Source: Octopus vulgaris (taxonomy: Eukaryota). Taken from it: a stretch of DNA of 64,000 nucleotides. Every line of letters begins with the position of its first letter. Position 1 is the stretch's first letter. The position numbers and the translations under genes were made by a program. Shown here piece by piece: positions 28,550 to 44,789 of this stretch. Location: assembly GCA_951406725.2 (NCBI GenBank), contig OX597825.1, positions 48,298,001-48,362,000 on the forward strand, given 5' to 3'. Below the pieces are notes generated by a model, which was not told where the DNA came from, searched no databases, and worked only from the letters and a program-made list of their open reading frames with translations.

Positions 28550-28971
28550 TATTCATATACGTACATACATACACGTTTGTGTGCACCGTTACATAACAAA
28601 TATAATTATATACCCCCACACACATACACACATATGTAGAACACTTCACCTATATCATACAAACATGTACCACACATACAGACCCTTTCACACACACACA
28701 CACACACACGGACACACACACATACATACACACAACATATTTAGAATGTTTGTTACTCACTTAAAGATTTAATAGATTAATAGATGGAGTTACTGTCTGT
28801 CTTCTCAGTAGATTGTCACCGAAACTTGTCTAGAGAAAGAGTTGAAGCTTGTTTTTTTTTTATCGTTTGTATATTTCTTTTTACGAAAACAAATTCAACA
28901 ATTCGGTGTAACTTCGTAGGCGACATATTTATACATGCTAGCACACACACTCACACTCACACATACGCGCG

Positions 28972-29055
<84 letters not shown>

Positions 29056-29344
29056 TCTTTTTACAAGAAGGGTGTTTCGGCCTGGTTACTTTTCATCGGA
29101 CAATCTGATGAAGGCTAACCAGACCGAAACATAGAAGCCTCTATCAAAATTATTCTTATAAAACAATAATCAATATCGACTCTAAAAACTTATCGAGTGA
29201 CGCTTCAGTTTAATTCAAAATAGGTTTTATTATTAATCGAGATAAAAACAAACATTAATGCACACACACAAACACACACACACACAAACACACAAACACA
29301 CACAAACACACAAACACGCACACACACACATAGACACACACACG

Positions 29345-29388
<44 letters not shown>

Positions 29389-29832
29389 GGAACAGAAACG
29401 CAATAGAGGACAATAAAACATCCGGAAAGATAGACAATACAAAGGCGGACAGGAAAAACGACAATTATGGGGACAGGTAAAAAAGGACAGGTCATTCGTG
29501 GCTTTCTTTCTTCAATCAAGTTACCAGATGTCCCTAAGTGTCGGGCAGTTACACTCGATGTTGTTCGATCTGGTTGCTCCCCTAATAGTCTAAGCTAAAA
29601 GAGCATTAGATATTTTGTAAGAAAGCAAGTGAATGTGTACGACCAAGAAATGGAGAACATGTTACATAAGTACAACAAGAATAAAACAGCAGGTGTCTTT
29701 CGAATCAAATTGAGCTGGTGTATATACATATACATATATACATGCATACATATATATACATGTATATGTATATATGTGTGTGTGGATATATATATATACA
29801 CACACAATCATATTATACATATATATATATGT

Positions 29833-31890
<2,058 letters not shown>

Positions 31891-32066
31891 CATATGTATT
31901 TATGTATGTATGTGTGTATGTATTAATTGTTTTTTATCTCGCTTTAAACACAGACACACACATACATATACACACGTATAAATACATACATATAAATACA
32001 TACATATAAATACATACATACATGCATACATACATACATACATACATACATACATACATACATACA

Positions 32067-32099
<33 letters not shown>

Positions 32100-32518
32100 G
32101 GCCATAGTCAAGTGACTGAAACAAATAAAAGAATAAGTGACACTCATAACTATCGTGATACTAATCAACCTGGTGAAAACTCAATGTGCATACGAGTACA
32201 GAGCGGTAATAAGAAAATGAAATGGCAAAGGAATTGGCGATTATCTAATGAACTTCATTAGCTTACAGCTGTTTCTCCTATAAGACGCAGTGGACTCATG
32301 CAATTCATACCTGAGTCTCCGGTGAAGGTGTAAGGTGTTACTCAGGCACTCATCTATGAGTTATAAGATGATCGATTATTCCTCTCTTATCTCTCTCATT
32401 TTCTGATACATATATATATATTTTCCCTTCCGGTCATTTCAAAATGTAACCACATGTGCATCGCTGGCGATTTTCTTTCCTCCGTCTTCCTTTCCTCTTG
32501 GATTTTCCTCTGTCTACT

Positions 32519-32553
32519 GTTTCTGAAGAAGCGCTTTGCTAGAAACGTAAAAC
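32519..32553 (+). ncRNA. Minimal hammerhead motif (loop-less ACGT stem III) in a ~230-bp TA-flanked repeat
   Basis: gttt CTGAAGA agcgctttgcta GAAAC GTA aaac, with stem I gttt/aaac. Confidence 0.55.
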
Positions 32554-32656
32554 CACCTTTCTTTCCTTCCCTGGGCGTTTGCTAATACTTTACATGTCCC
32601 ACGTCCTCGCATTGTTGTTTTTTGCTTGTGTTTGTTCTTGTTTTTTTTTATTAATA

Positions 32657-32752
<96 letters not shown>

Positions 32753-32819
32753 TGTGTGTGTATGTGTGTGTATGTGTGTGTGTGTGTGTGTATTTGTGTG
32801 TATAAATATGTATATCTAA

Positions 32820-32867
<48 letters not shown>

Positions 32868-33047
32868 ATACATATATACATGTTTATATACATATATATT
32901 GCGCTGGATCTACTTCAGGAATTCCGCTGTGTTAGTTGCGATGATAATAACTGATGAAGGAAACGGATGATAAATTGGCACTAGTCATTATTCAGTACGA
33001 CGATCGTTTCCACTCATTCTGTAACTGTCCGTTATGGGTAGGATTTA

Positions 33048-33386
33048 GATAATCGTTTGTCTATTTATTTGTTTTACACAATATCTACAGCGGTAGAACA
33101 AGGAAATAAGCGGAACAGTATGTAACGGTGAATATGCTATCGATGAAATCTTATTTGTGACAAAAATTACTTATCGTGCAATATTACCATCAATCCTCGA
33201 CATGTCATATGGCATTTCATACAAACAAATTTTACTTATATCGCAGAGGAATTTCTTAGACTATCTTTTTCAGATTCATGCGGCACCTTTCTGGCTTTAC
33301 TTCCAGAGAGATGAACATGCCAAACAAATAATTCTTTCTACAATAGGCACAAAACCCAAAGTCTTGAGGAGGGGCTAGTCAATTAC
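33048..33386 (+). repeat. Local duplication, copy 1 (copy 2 at about 36375-36691)
   Basis: A core of about 200 bp is nearly identical (e.g. TGAAATCTTATTTGTGACAAAAATTACTTAT and TTTTACTTATATCGCAGAGGAATTTCTTAGACTATCTTTTTCAGATTCATGCGGCACCTTTCTG). Confidence 0.92.
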
Positions 33387-33391
33387 GTAAA

Positions 33392-33479
<88 letters not shown>

Positions 33480-34040
33480 TTTATTGAGTGAGAGAGCAGT
33501 TCATGCCATCAAAGTGACACTGGGGTAAAATATACGAAGCCCAATATACCCATCATGACTACCCGTCTGATAAGGGTACACCAGGCACATGCATCACAAC
33601 CATATGTGCGCGACATGGTGATCTCATATCAAGGTAAACAGCGCATGACCTTGCAGGTGGGGCCCAGTTAGAATTTTCTTCAGGTCGAGTAGCCCATCCC
33701 GCTCAAAAGGTCCCTGAATAAGGGTTGTTTAAGGATGTTGAAAGAACCACCCATGTTTCCAGAGGTGAATTATTCAAACCCCAAAGAATCCCTCTCAACA
33801 CATGGCTATGATGCTCCCCCACTACTTCTGCTCGTGATCAGAGATGCACATATCGTCAGCCACTAAGGGACATGCTTAACTGGTTAAGGTCAAACAACTG
33901 ACAAGCAAATCTGTGGTATTGAGCAGAATATTTGCTGTAGCCCATCTTTTATACCAAGGCAAAACAATGTACATGATGACACTTCCAATCAGTTAAGATC
34001 AGAAGCCATGAGAGCCACTGCCTGGTACTGCATCAGGGCA
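33480..34040 (-). mobile_element. ~560-bp non-coding retroposon-like insert within a (TTA)n microsatellite
   Basis: A GC-richer block with sharp edges and (TTA)n on both sides. The minus-strand 3' end reads CAATAAAAATAATAAT. Confidence 0.6.
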
Positions 34041-34089
34041 TTTATTATTATTATTATACATACACACAAATATATATTCATATATGTGT

Positions 34090-34177
<88 letters not shown>

Positions 34178-35099
34178 CAAGTTTCAAACCATTGTCGTCA
34201 ATGATGAGAATGATGTGTGACCCACCTACCGGAGCAAATTCTGGAACAGCTTGGAAAAGAGCGGAAACCAGACAAGACACGTTCATAGTACGCAACAGTA
34301 AATTCGAATGTACGATGTTTATCTGTGATCAGCTCACCGAAAATGAATTGGCTGACAAATTTAGGAAAGCATTACGCGAAATAAAACTTAAAAACGGAAC
34401 ACAACAGGCAGATTTAACCAGTCACTATTATATAAGTTATAGTTATTTTAGGAAAATCCCTGTCTTGACAAGAACTGTAGAGTCTACACAGCCAGCTGAA
34501 TGATAAACTGCATTACATGTAATGTAGCGAACCATATGAGGTGTATAGAAGGATATTATGAAGGGCTGTAAACGAACGTATACAGGTATAAATGAAAGGA
34601 ACGGAGGACTGTGGGGTGAATAAGGTGTATGGTAAATGATTGTGTTTCCACTACAAGGTGTGAATATATTATCCGGTGGACTCAACTACTGACACAGTCA
34701 TGTCTCTGAATAGAATCGAGTTTATTAAGGACTGCGCAGTAAGGAATGCGTGCAATTTCCTTACTAGGCTGATCCCAAACTGTTCACTTTCATTATTTAA
34801 ATTTTGTAATTATTTGTGGTAGAGCATTAGTTACGTGCAGCTAAAAATCAGAACTGTTTGTGCTTTTAGCTCATGGATTTATAAATAAAGTTGGTTTATT
34901 AAATAGAAACGTATTCAGTATTTAGGAATGTGGCACATTATAAACTACTTTTCTGCAATCAATCCAGGCAATACTAAGGATTATTTTTCTTTTTATACTG
35001 TCTGCTATAATACCCCGGTTCACCAGTAGCTGCTCTATACAACTGTACATCTCTTTATACACTATTTCTGCTCCCCTGGTTGTATATTATTGCTCTTCA

Positions 35100-36030
35100 G
35101 GTGAAAAACCAGCCTGTTGTAGAAAGTTGATGAAAAGTCTTTCTACAAGAGAAGCAAATAAATTATAAAGAATTACTGGTATTTTTGTTTTGGTAAATTA
35201 ATGATGTTTTCCATTTTAGCAGCCAATTAGGTATTAATCCTGTTGTGCTTCTCAATATGGTGTACTTTTCCCCATAGGTATGCTGCCTCATACCCATGGA
35301 GGAATAGTTAGTTTCTTTAATCAGAAAGTGGGGACCTTTTCAATTCCAATAGCTTTCCAGTTACTTGTTCTCATTGGGTGAGAGACTTCCTTACCGGCTA
35401 CAGTTGGCCGTACATGAGATGCTACTATATTTTCTTCTCTTCCTTATCAATTATAGTGAGTCATATATGAAGTGTAACTATATTTGATCCCCCCACCCCA
35501 TCGCTTCCATTCTGTTATACTTTTTACTCTTCTGAATATCTTTATTTCATATTCCCTCCCATAATGCCTGAATCTCCGTTAATGTTGGTGCGAATTCCAG
35601 TATTATGAAATATTTATCATGATATATCTTTGTGGCTGTTTACAACTGCTGCCCAAAGTGACATTACTTTGTCCGATTTTTTGTTGTTCACCATAACTGA
35701 CGAATGTGATATAACTATGTCCATTTTGGTTGTTACTTTAAGTTCATATTTCAACTGTATGAAGTCTATACTAGTTTATTATGAAAAGTTTGTCAACATT
35801 GTAAATTATAATCAACAAGAACCTGTAGCAGACCTTGTTTGGTAGGAATTTAGTGAACAACAGTAATGATTACCTTCTAGTGTTGCTCCTTGACATTGAA
35901 TAATCTCAACTAACCTCTTTTCTAAGAATGAACTGTCCTTAGGTCTCAGATTTATTCTGTAGTATGTAGTGTTTTAATTGATTTCTCCAACGTAATTTGG
36001 TTGTGTCACATTCCACTCTACTATCACTAA
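35100..36030 (-). mobile_element. R4/Dong-like LINE remnant (pre-RT region)
   Basis: SNWKAIGIEKVPTF*LKKLT (NWKAPG.D....WLKKL-like) and LIPNWLLKWKTSLI. Confidence 0.55.
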
Positions 36031-36374
36031 AATACGGCTATATGCTACTTGACTGGAGTATTATACAACCATATGGTATGGCTGTATAGTACTTCAGCCA
36101 TACAGCCATGCAGCTGAGACTGTGAATGTAATGGTGACAGACATAATGTCAATGAAATTGAAATATGATTATACAATATATATTATTTTTTCTTTGTTAC
36201 ATACTTTCCAGAATTAAAACTGCATTTAAACATGCAATACATTAAAAAATCTAATTGATTTTATGCAATACTTTCTACCAATGAAATCTCTACCTGATTA
36301 AGAAGGAAAAAACATCCGGTTCCAAGTTCCCTTATCTCTCACACATTGTATCTCAGGTATAATTGGCGGATTTT

Positions 36375-36691
36375 GATAATAGTTTGTTTATTTATCTGTT
36401 TTACGCAATATCACCTCGGTCATTGTGCCTTATGTGATGGTAGAACGAAGAAATAGGCGGAGGAGTATGTAACAGTGAATATGCTATCGGTGAAATCTTA
36501 TTTGTGACAAAAATTACTTATAGTGCAATATTACCATCAACTCTCGACATGTCATATGGCATTTCACATAAACAATTTTTACTTATATCGCAGAGGAATT
36601 TCTTAGACTATCTTTTTCAGATTCATGCGGCACCTTTCTGACTCTGCTTGGGCACAAAACCTGAAGTTCTGAAGATGGGTTAGTCAATTAC
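36375..36691 (+). repeat. Local duplication, copy 2
   Basis: Matches 33048-33386. Confidence 0.92.
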
Positions 36692-36850
36692 ATAAGCACC
36701 AGTGCTGAATTGGCTCAACTTATTTTAGTGACCACAAAGACATGAAAACCAAAAATCGACCTCGGCGGAATTCAAAACGTAAAAAAGGAAGGAAAATGCG
36801 TTTCAGCATCTTATCTGGATTGCTATTGATTCTTTCACCTCACCGCCTTC
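36650..36850 (-). mobile_element. Degenerate SINE (Meta-like family)
   Basis: GGCACAAAACCTGAA tail, TCGACCTCGGCGGAATT and the head remnant CTCACCGCCTT. Confidence 0.65.
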
Positions 36851-37479
36851 ATGTCAAAAAGAAAATTCTCTAATCCTCTTGTTGGCTAGTTTTTTGAAGC
36901 TATGGCGGTGAAAGGATATCAGAATGTGGTTAAATCTCGATCAATCTTTCGCCACAAGGGATTGCCGACCCAAATCGTGTTTGGTCTTCTGTTCACACCT
37001 ACGATCCTAGAATAGATCTTAGATGGCATTCGTTTGAATTAGGGGAAGGCAAATGAATATTGTAGTGGAGAGCAAGAGTCTTAGGTGTCATGCAAGTTCC
37101 TTCAGGAACAGTAAAAGGATGTGAAATCTTCTTTTACTTCCAATCTCATAACAGCAACAAGAACATTGGAGACAGCATCAGCAACAATTACAACAACGAC
37201 CACAACTTCGTAGACCGTAGCAAAAGCCCAAACAAACTTACTCGGTTTACCTTGTATACTTTATCCCTATAAATAGCACGCACGTACGCATGCACTCACA
37301 CACACTAACACATACACACGCACACACACAATACAACTACACACACGCATGGATATGACTCTTCATTGATTCTCATGAAAAAACGAAAGGAAGTTGGAAA
37401 GATTATGGGTAATGGGATAAAAGAAAACCGTTAATGACAGCTTGAAAGGTATACACAGATTAACACTGAATAACGCCTT

Positions 37480-37930
37480 TCATAAACTACAACGTAAAGG
37501 GTTTCTGTTAAGTATTGCGCCAGAAGTATTTAGAAAATTATCAGAAAGTTTCTACGATGCTGTAAGACCGTTCCGACAAAGGATAGTTAATGCAATACTG
37601 TAGGGGACTTTTAGAGACTCTCGAAAACCGGCTTATCCAGTTGTCGCACGTGTTCAATAAATGTTCTTTTCCATGTCCAGTACTTTACACCTCCGTAGCC
37701 ATACTAAGACAACACTGGGGGAATTCTGGCAATCAAGGATCTCTTTCTTTATTCAGTGGCATAATACGATATATGTTTTAGAGGATGTCGAAGATTAGAA
37801 ATATTGCAACAGAAGATGGAATTGAAATATATTGTTTTTAGTTTCATTCAAATGTAGAAGTACATCTCTTTAGATTGTAACTTCCGCTATGAAGAAGATG
37901 CTGTGTGAACTTATCTATAGCTACTCTGCA
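37480..37930 (+). pseudogene. Possible ZMYM1-like hAT transposase fossil
   Basis: Weak ordered similarity only: a GQGYDN-like stretch at about 37573, SFPCP, LSLFSGIIRYMF and a RWEIL-like stretch. Confidence 0.3.
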
Positions 37931-39522
37931 TAAAATTGAATATAATGTATGATTAGAGGCGGCTGAAGCACTCGTATATGGTGGAGATGTAGAATGTCTT
38001 TCAAAATTTTAAAATGCTCAGCCACGTTCTTCTCGTGAATTGTAAATATATCTGAGCGGATATATAGGTATAAAGAAATATAAGCATATTTATTCGTGCG
38101 ATAAAATAATTACGATGCACCAGTATCTTGTCAGTTCATAAATAGTGTGGTGGTTTTTTTTTAGTGAGCTCTACTTTCCCCATCAAAAAATATCGCTTGT
38201 AGAGACAAAGAATTCAGAAGCTATGCAAGAAGCTTTGGAAATCTAACATACTTCTGTTGTCGAAATCCAGAAAGTCCCTCTTGAACACTCATGCCTTCTT
38301 GAAGCTTGATCAACAAAGCCCTCTCTAAAGTGTACAACATTCTTAGACTTAGCATAAAGCGTTGGGTATAATCTCAGTTAGACATGCACACGAGAGGATG
38401 GGGAATGAAAATGACCATTGACATTTAATGATGTGACCAAAATGTTGACAGGACACTCTAGTCTTCTTTTTAATCTTTTCCCTACTTTTTTCTATCCGAA
38501 CCCACCCAACAAGTATATTATTCAAATAAAAGTGCAAACTTCAGCTGCAATATTTTAAAGCTTCCAGCTGTTCTGTACTTTTCCTGGTTCATTTAATTAA
38601 GAATATTATCAGTTTTAAACCCGCATTTCCCTACTAGTCCACTCTTTTTAAAAGCAATGTATTTTACAGTCAAAATTTAATTGCTATTTATACAAAACTC
38701 AAATAATATAAATAAATACTAAAAAAAGGTATAATAAAAAAATAAGGAAAATTTGTTAAATTAACAAAAAGTAAATTACATAAAAATGTCAACGAGGAAC
38801 ATGAGACGGGGGAGAACATGCCACTAAAGCAGTCGTGGCTGAAGGAAATGAAGCTAGTCACAAAGCAGTAGAGATATTACATAGTCGATGGTGTGAGGTA
38901 AAAGGAATCTGATTTCACGCTCAGTTTTTAAAACCATCTAAGATTCATTGCAACGCTCATCATAGATAAGGTCCGTGAAGCACTTGACGCCACCATGACA
39001 AACAAAACATCTGAAGGCCGCCTTGATGGTGCATTGTGTTACAATGAAGAATCTTGCGAGGACAAGTGGTGACTTCCATGCTTAGTACTTTGCTGTACTT
39101 GTTTGCATCCAGATATGAAGATCAAAAATCCAGAGATAGATAAAACGGGCAGAGGATCTTCGTTGTATATATAACTCATAATTTTACATGGCATTTTTGT
39201 GTAATTTATCGTCATTTATTTGAACAGCTTCGCAATGTTAATTTATCTCTAGGCCCAAGATTTAATTGCATCCCTTATATTAGGAAGAATAAAAACTATA
39301 GCATGCAAACGATAATAGTTTTCAAAACATACTACATATTTTTGTGAAGTTACAAAAAGCCAATTTGTATATCTAGTTCATTTAATGTCAAATTTATTTT
39401 TATTCGACTTTGTAAAATATAATCATAATCATAAATAATTTTAGATCTGATGCCAGTGTCCATGAATATTTTATATCTATGTAAAGTGTACAAAAGAAAA
39501 AAATGCAGAAGATAAAATACAA

Positions 39523-39757
<235 letters not shown>

Positions 39758-39879
39758 CACCCTTGCAGAAGATAATACACGGGAAGAAAAAATGAAGCGA
39801 CTGCTGCACAATAGTCTCAAAGTTTTAAAAGTTTTTCTACAGAGACATTTATTAATTTTAAAGAAATATAAAAATCTAA

Positions 39880-40566
39880 TGTCTGACTTTAATGCATTTT
39901 CAGTAATACTCCAGCCACTTAGTGAAGGACCCATAAGTTCTCTGCAGCGGAGGTGTTAAGGACCCTTGTCACAACCTCCTTCAACTTCAAAACGGCTGCA
40001 TTTGAGGTTCTCCTTCAGCTCGGGGAACAACCAAAAGTCACAAAGGGCAAGGTTTAGACTGAAGAGAAAGTGAAGGACAGTTTTGAAGCGCATCTCTGTC
40101 ATGTTGTTGGTTACCAGGATGGCCATTACTGAGTATCATGGGACCAAACTTTGTATAAATTTTATGCATGTTCAGATGTTCATGACTAATTATGTGTATA
40201 GTAGCCGCACAAACTTTATAAACATACGAAATCTTCATCCAGAAAACTGCATATTTTCTCAATCAGCTCTGATGTTCTGACGTCCCCCCTCCCAGCTCTC
40301 ATCGTCTCTCACCTCCTCTCTAATGTCCCTGAATCTCTTGTGCCAGTGAATAAGTTAATCCTTAAGCAGTCTGAAGCATTTCATAAGTTTCTATAGCCCA
40401 CTTTAACAGAAAACTGTTTTGCATGCGGACATCCAAATTGTTTTCACATCCCCATTGCTTTTTGCAAACTAGTCAATGTTTAATTGTGCGTGTTTCAGCC
40501 GTCTCCAATCTGGAAGCTATAACTACCTCACCTAAATAAGTCTCAAAATTGTTAAAATTCACCTCG
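39880..40566 (-). mobile_element. Internally deleted mariner remnant (third family)
   Basis: ETYEMLQTA, REEVRDDESW, TIHIISHEHLNMHKIYTKFGP (KFVP-like), then FKTVLHFLFSLNLALCDFWLFPELKENL (YSPDLAPCDFWLF-like). A possible end TA|CGAGGTG lies at 40566. Confidence 0.78.
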
Positions 40567-41272
40567 TAAAATACTCCGAAGAATTTGTAAGCTTAGTTTA
40601 TCTAATCAAAAGTATCAATAAAATTCGAAGTCAAGATAATTTCTCAGAGAAAAATATTTTTTTTTTAGAATATAGCAAGAATATAGCAAGTGAAATGAAA
40701 TAAGTAACGAATTAAACGAAAATCGCTGAGACGCCTAATATCTATTAATTTTGGCTCCTTATCTTCCTCCATTCATCCACAGACAAAGGAGAAATAGTGT
40801 CTGAGAAAGTTTGCCATAATATAGTGTGATGTATTAATACATACGTAATATATCCGTTTATATTAAACAAGATTCTGACGTTGGAAACTGAGTATTCATA
40901 TGTTTATACCTAAAGTTTTTCCCTTTAGGTATAAACATATGAATTTGGTATAGGCCCCTGATTTGGCAGTAGAACAGAGAACTAAATATCACACAACTTT
41001 TAGTTTGATGTCAGAACACCTTGTGTTCAAACTTGTGAGTTGACAGTAACGATATACCAGGGAGTGTATAACTTACAGTTTTTTGCTTCATTTCTTCCCG
41101 TTATGATTAAAAATTTGATTTCACTTATCATCTGTTTATCGACAAAACCATATCAGTTGTGTTTCATTCATTCTCTATTCACAAGGGTAGCTCATAATCA
41201 ACAAAGAATAGATTTTGACAAACAATCATTAAACAAGGACAAGCTGTTAACCAACTATTGATCTTAGTATGC

Positions 41273-41580
41273 ATCTTAATAATGCAAGGTTATTTCATAA
41301 TATGTAAGTATATATCTTAATGTGTAAGGACAAGTCTTAATGTGTAAGGTTAGGTCTCAATTTAAAAGGATATGTCGTAATGAAAAAGTATCTTTAATAT
41401 GAAAGGATACGTTTTACTATAAAAAGATATGTTTTATTCAATAAGGACAAGTCTTAATATGCAGACACACGTCTTAAATGCAATGATTATGTCTTAATAT
41501 GCTAGGATATATCTTGATATGCAAAGATATTTCTTAATATACAAGGGTAGGTCTTAATTTACGAGGCAAAGTTTTAATAC
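41273..41580. repeat. Degenerate ~20-bp minisatellite (about 15 units, consensus TCTTAATATGCAAGGATATG)
   Basis: TCTTAAT.TG.AAGG recurs at about 20-bp period. Confidence 0.85.
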
Positions 41581-41939
41581 ACCATGAAACTGAGCTATTT
41601 TATCTCCTGGCCAAATTATTTCAGACAACGGGATATTTTGACGTTTATGCCTTTCCAACATGTTTCAAAAAGATCTCGAACTTGTGCTATTGTGTTAGAA
41701 ACGTTTGTATCCCGAGTTCAAATCTCACCGAGGGCCGATTTTATCTTTTATCATCATTTTGTTGCCGATAAAATAAGCACTGAGGTATATTCATCCGACC
41801 ATCTAGTGTTATTCGGAGCAATCATATATATATTTTTGGCACAATGCAACAAATTTATTTCAGTTATGAAGACTGTGAGATTATGTAGAATTGATGCCTT
41901 CTGGCTGAAATATATTGACTTCAGTCGAGAAACACTGAT

Positions 41940-42245
41940 ATTTGTGCAAGAGGACAATGGTTCGGGTCTTTAGGTCTGGTCTTCCTTGTTCTGCTATATT
42001 GTTGTGAGACTTGGACGCTTTCCGGAGCCCTTAGGAGCTGTCTGAAGTCCTTTGGTAGCAGGACGCTTCGCTGGATTATGGGTTACCACTATTCGGATTT
42101 CGTATCTGACCAACAACTTTACTCAGAAACTGGAATGCGACCTGTTACTTGTATGATTCTGAAGTACCAGCTGAGACTGTTTGGCCATGCTGCTCGATTT
42201 CCCGAACTTGACTCTGCTTACCGTGTTCTCTTCACTGAAAATCCG
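41940..42245 (+). mobile_element. RTE LINE fragment (post-RT domain)
   Basis: VLLYCCETWTLS...TLRWIMGYHYSDFVSDQQLY...QLRLFGHAAR. Confidence 0.88.
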
Positions 42246-43569
42246 GTTGCCTTGCAACAGCGCATACCCTAACACCTGATATAACCTGAGAAACACAAGA
42301 AATGTGTTTCCCGTCGAGATATATGTGGAAAATATTTGGTAAAATGATTTCTGTGACAGACCACAGAGGCTGATAATGGGCTGAAACTAATTGCTTCTAG
42401 TTTCTCTTGGTTATACGAGTGAGAGACAAATCTGCCCCTAGATCAGACACCAATCTCTTAGAGGTAACTTGTACCGAAGTTCTGGTACATAAGTACATAA
42501 ACCAAAGGGTTGGTGTTCTGTTTTCTGATGCAACGAAAAACTTGCAGAATATTTGGACTTTTAAAAGGTACAGCGGCTGTTCACTATCCTCTCATCGAGG
42601 CATTAGATACCCCACTCATTGTGTTACACTATACCCAGACTCTGATTCATCCAAACACACATTCATTGTACTACTGATTACCCAATCCGCCTACCCATTG
42701 ACTATTAGTGTTAGTTGAATTTATTATTTCTTATCTGGTAGATGTTTAGTAAACAGTGACTTTCAGAGTCGATCAATTCAATTAACGGGGAAACAATGAA
42801 ATGTTTTGTCACAAACAACCTTTATCTTACACTCTCACCTTGATAATGAATCTCGTTGAGAAACTACTACTCATTCTATTTTGATTGAAAGTGCACTTAC
42901 AATATCATCACCCCACTACACTCACACACACAGAGGTAGATGATCTTTCAACCACTCCATATTGATAGAGATATTCACGTGATCCGGAAAATTCTCAGAA
43001 GTTGACCCATAATAAATGTAACGTCGAACAAAGAGAGAGACAGATAAGCCGACCAATTGGATAGAAGAAAACAAGTAGACCAACTGAATTTTCAAATTCA
43101 GCCCGACCTTTTGTCTAATCAATCGGTAACTATATGGTAGATTTCAGTTAGAGGTAAATATGTGGCACTGAACGATAGCATGTTGTAATATAGTAATTAA
43201 ATGTTGTTGTTGATTTCTAAATCATCTCTAATCGGATAGACCTATGATCCCAATGCAATCTTATATAGACCACTCCGTTTTTCAGACATCGTATTTAGAA
43301 CTAAATTACCAATGAGTTTCCCCTAAGCAGAAGGAGTAGGACTAACCAGCAAAAAGTTTTAAAGTCAGAGAAAGTTTCCTGTCTTCGAGGAGTCTTGCAT
43401 CAAACGAAGGCTATATCAAGTACCTCATAAATCATAATAAATTATAATTAATTATTGCTATTAGTGTCTTTTATTTATCAATTGATCGTTTAATTAGTGA
43501 CTTTCATATCTAATATTAATTACATATGGTTTATTAGTGACTGTCATATCTAACTATTTGGAAGTGTCA

Positions 43570-43783
43570 AGGTTGTGAGCAGCCAAAATCGTTAGAACGC
43601 CGAGTAAAATGCTTTGCAGCATTTCGTCCATCTTTACCTCCTGAGTTTAAATCCCCCCAAAGTCCACTTTGCATTCCATTCATCAGAGATCGAAAAATAA
43701 GTATAAGTTGAGCACTGGGGTCGATGTAATTGATTTACCACCCCTCCGAACTTGCTGACCTTGTGCAAAAATTTGAAACCAAT
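43570..43783 (+). mobile_element. SINE (Meta-like family), diverged
   Basis: AATCGTTAGAACGCCGAG...CTGAGTTTAAATCC...GAGCACTGGGGTCGATGTAAT...CCTTGTGCAAAAATTTGAAACC. Confidence 0.75.
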
Positions 43784-44789
43784 TACAAGTGAATTACCTA
43801 TGGAAATACGCCTGGTATGAATATCTCATCCATTCCACGACACACATACACAGCATATCTCGCGACATACATCTAATTATACATACCGTCGTCTGCATGC
43901 ATGTATGTATGTATGTATATACATACGTATGTATGTATGTACGTATGTATGTATGTATGTATTTATATATGCATATTCTTTTCTGTCTTTAATCATTTAA
44001 GTTCTTCCTCTGAGGAAGGAGCTGGTTTCTAACGAAGATGCAAGGCTGGAATGTAGATAACAATAACAATGTCACATTTTAAACTTGAGAAAAGTCTTGC
44101 ATATCTTTATTGTTCCACTTTCAGATTGTATTTGTAATGTATGAGTTAGTTGATTGATTTTTTCCCTAAAAACTCTACCTTATCCAGATTATCACTCAAG
44201 CAGTTACTCACAAAATCAAGTGTACCAGTTATTATTGGTATAAATGTGAATTTATAATCTAGATATAGAAGCCAGAGGTTTCGAAGTAGTTGCCTATAGT
44301 TAGCCTCTTTCTCTTTGATTTTAAAAGAGTTATTCGTATAATCAAGACAGCTGACCTCTATGCTATTACATATTTCTTCCTGTCGGTCCCAAACAACAGT
44401 ATATATATATATATATAAAACTTACTGAGAAAAGGATGCGTGGCGTTCGATCGTATAATAATATAAATAATATATGAATATATGCATATATACATACATA
44501 TATGTACACACTTACATATATATGTATATATACATGTATATATGGGTACATATATATATGAACACAATGAGAAACGAAAACATAAAAACTAAAACATAGA
44601 AACGAACTTTTTTTCGAACACCAAAAAAAAACAAAACAAACAGAGAAACGAGACACACAACATAAAGAATATTCCCCTTCTTCAGTCGTTCCTGTTTCAA
44701 CTACTCCACGTTCCGAAGGCAAGGATAAGACGCGACTTCGTTGAAACAGTCCTCGCAAAGCAAATTAAATAAAATTTACTTTCACCTGT

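Noticed and set aside
38800-39150. Possible Tc1-like remnant
   Set aside because: No diagnostic motif could be recovered by eye.
41273-41580. Periodic repeat considered as a CRISPR-like array
   Set aside because: The ~20-bp units are contiguous and degenerate with no unique spacers, the context is eukaryotic, and there are no cas genes.
42365-42398. CTGATAA tgggct GAAACTAATT motif
   Set aside because: Multiple core defects; it could be chance.
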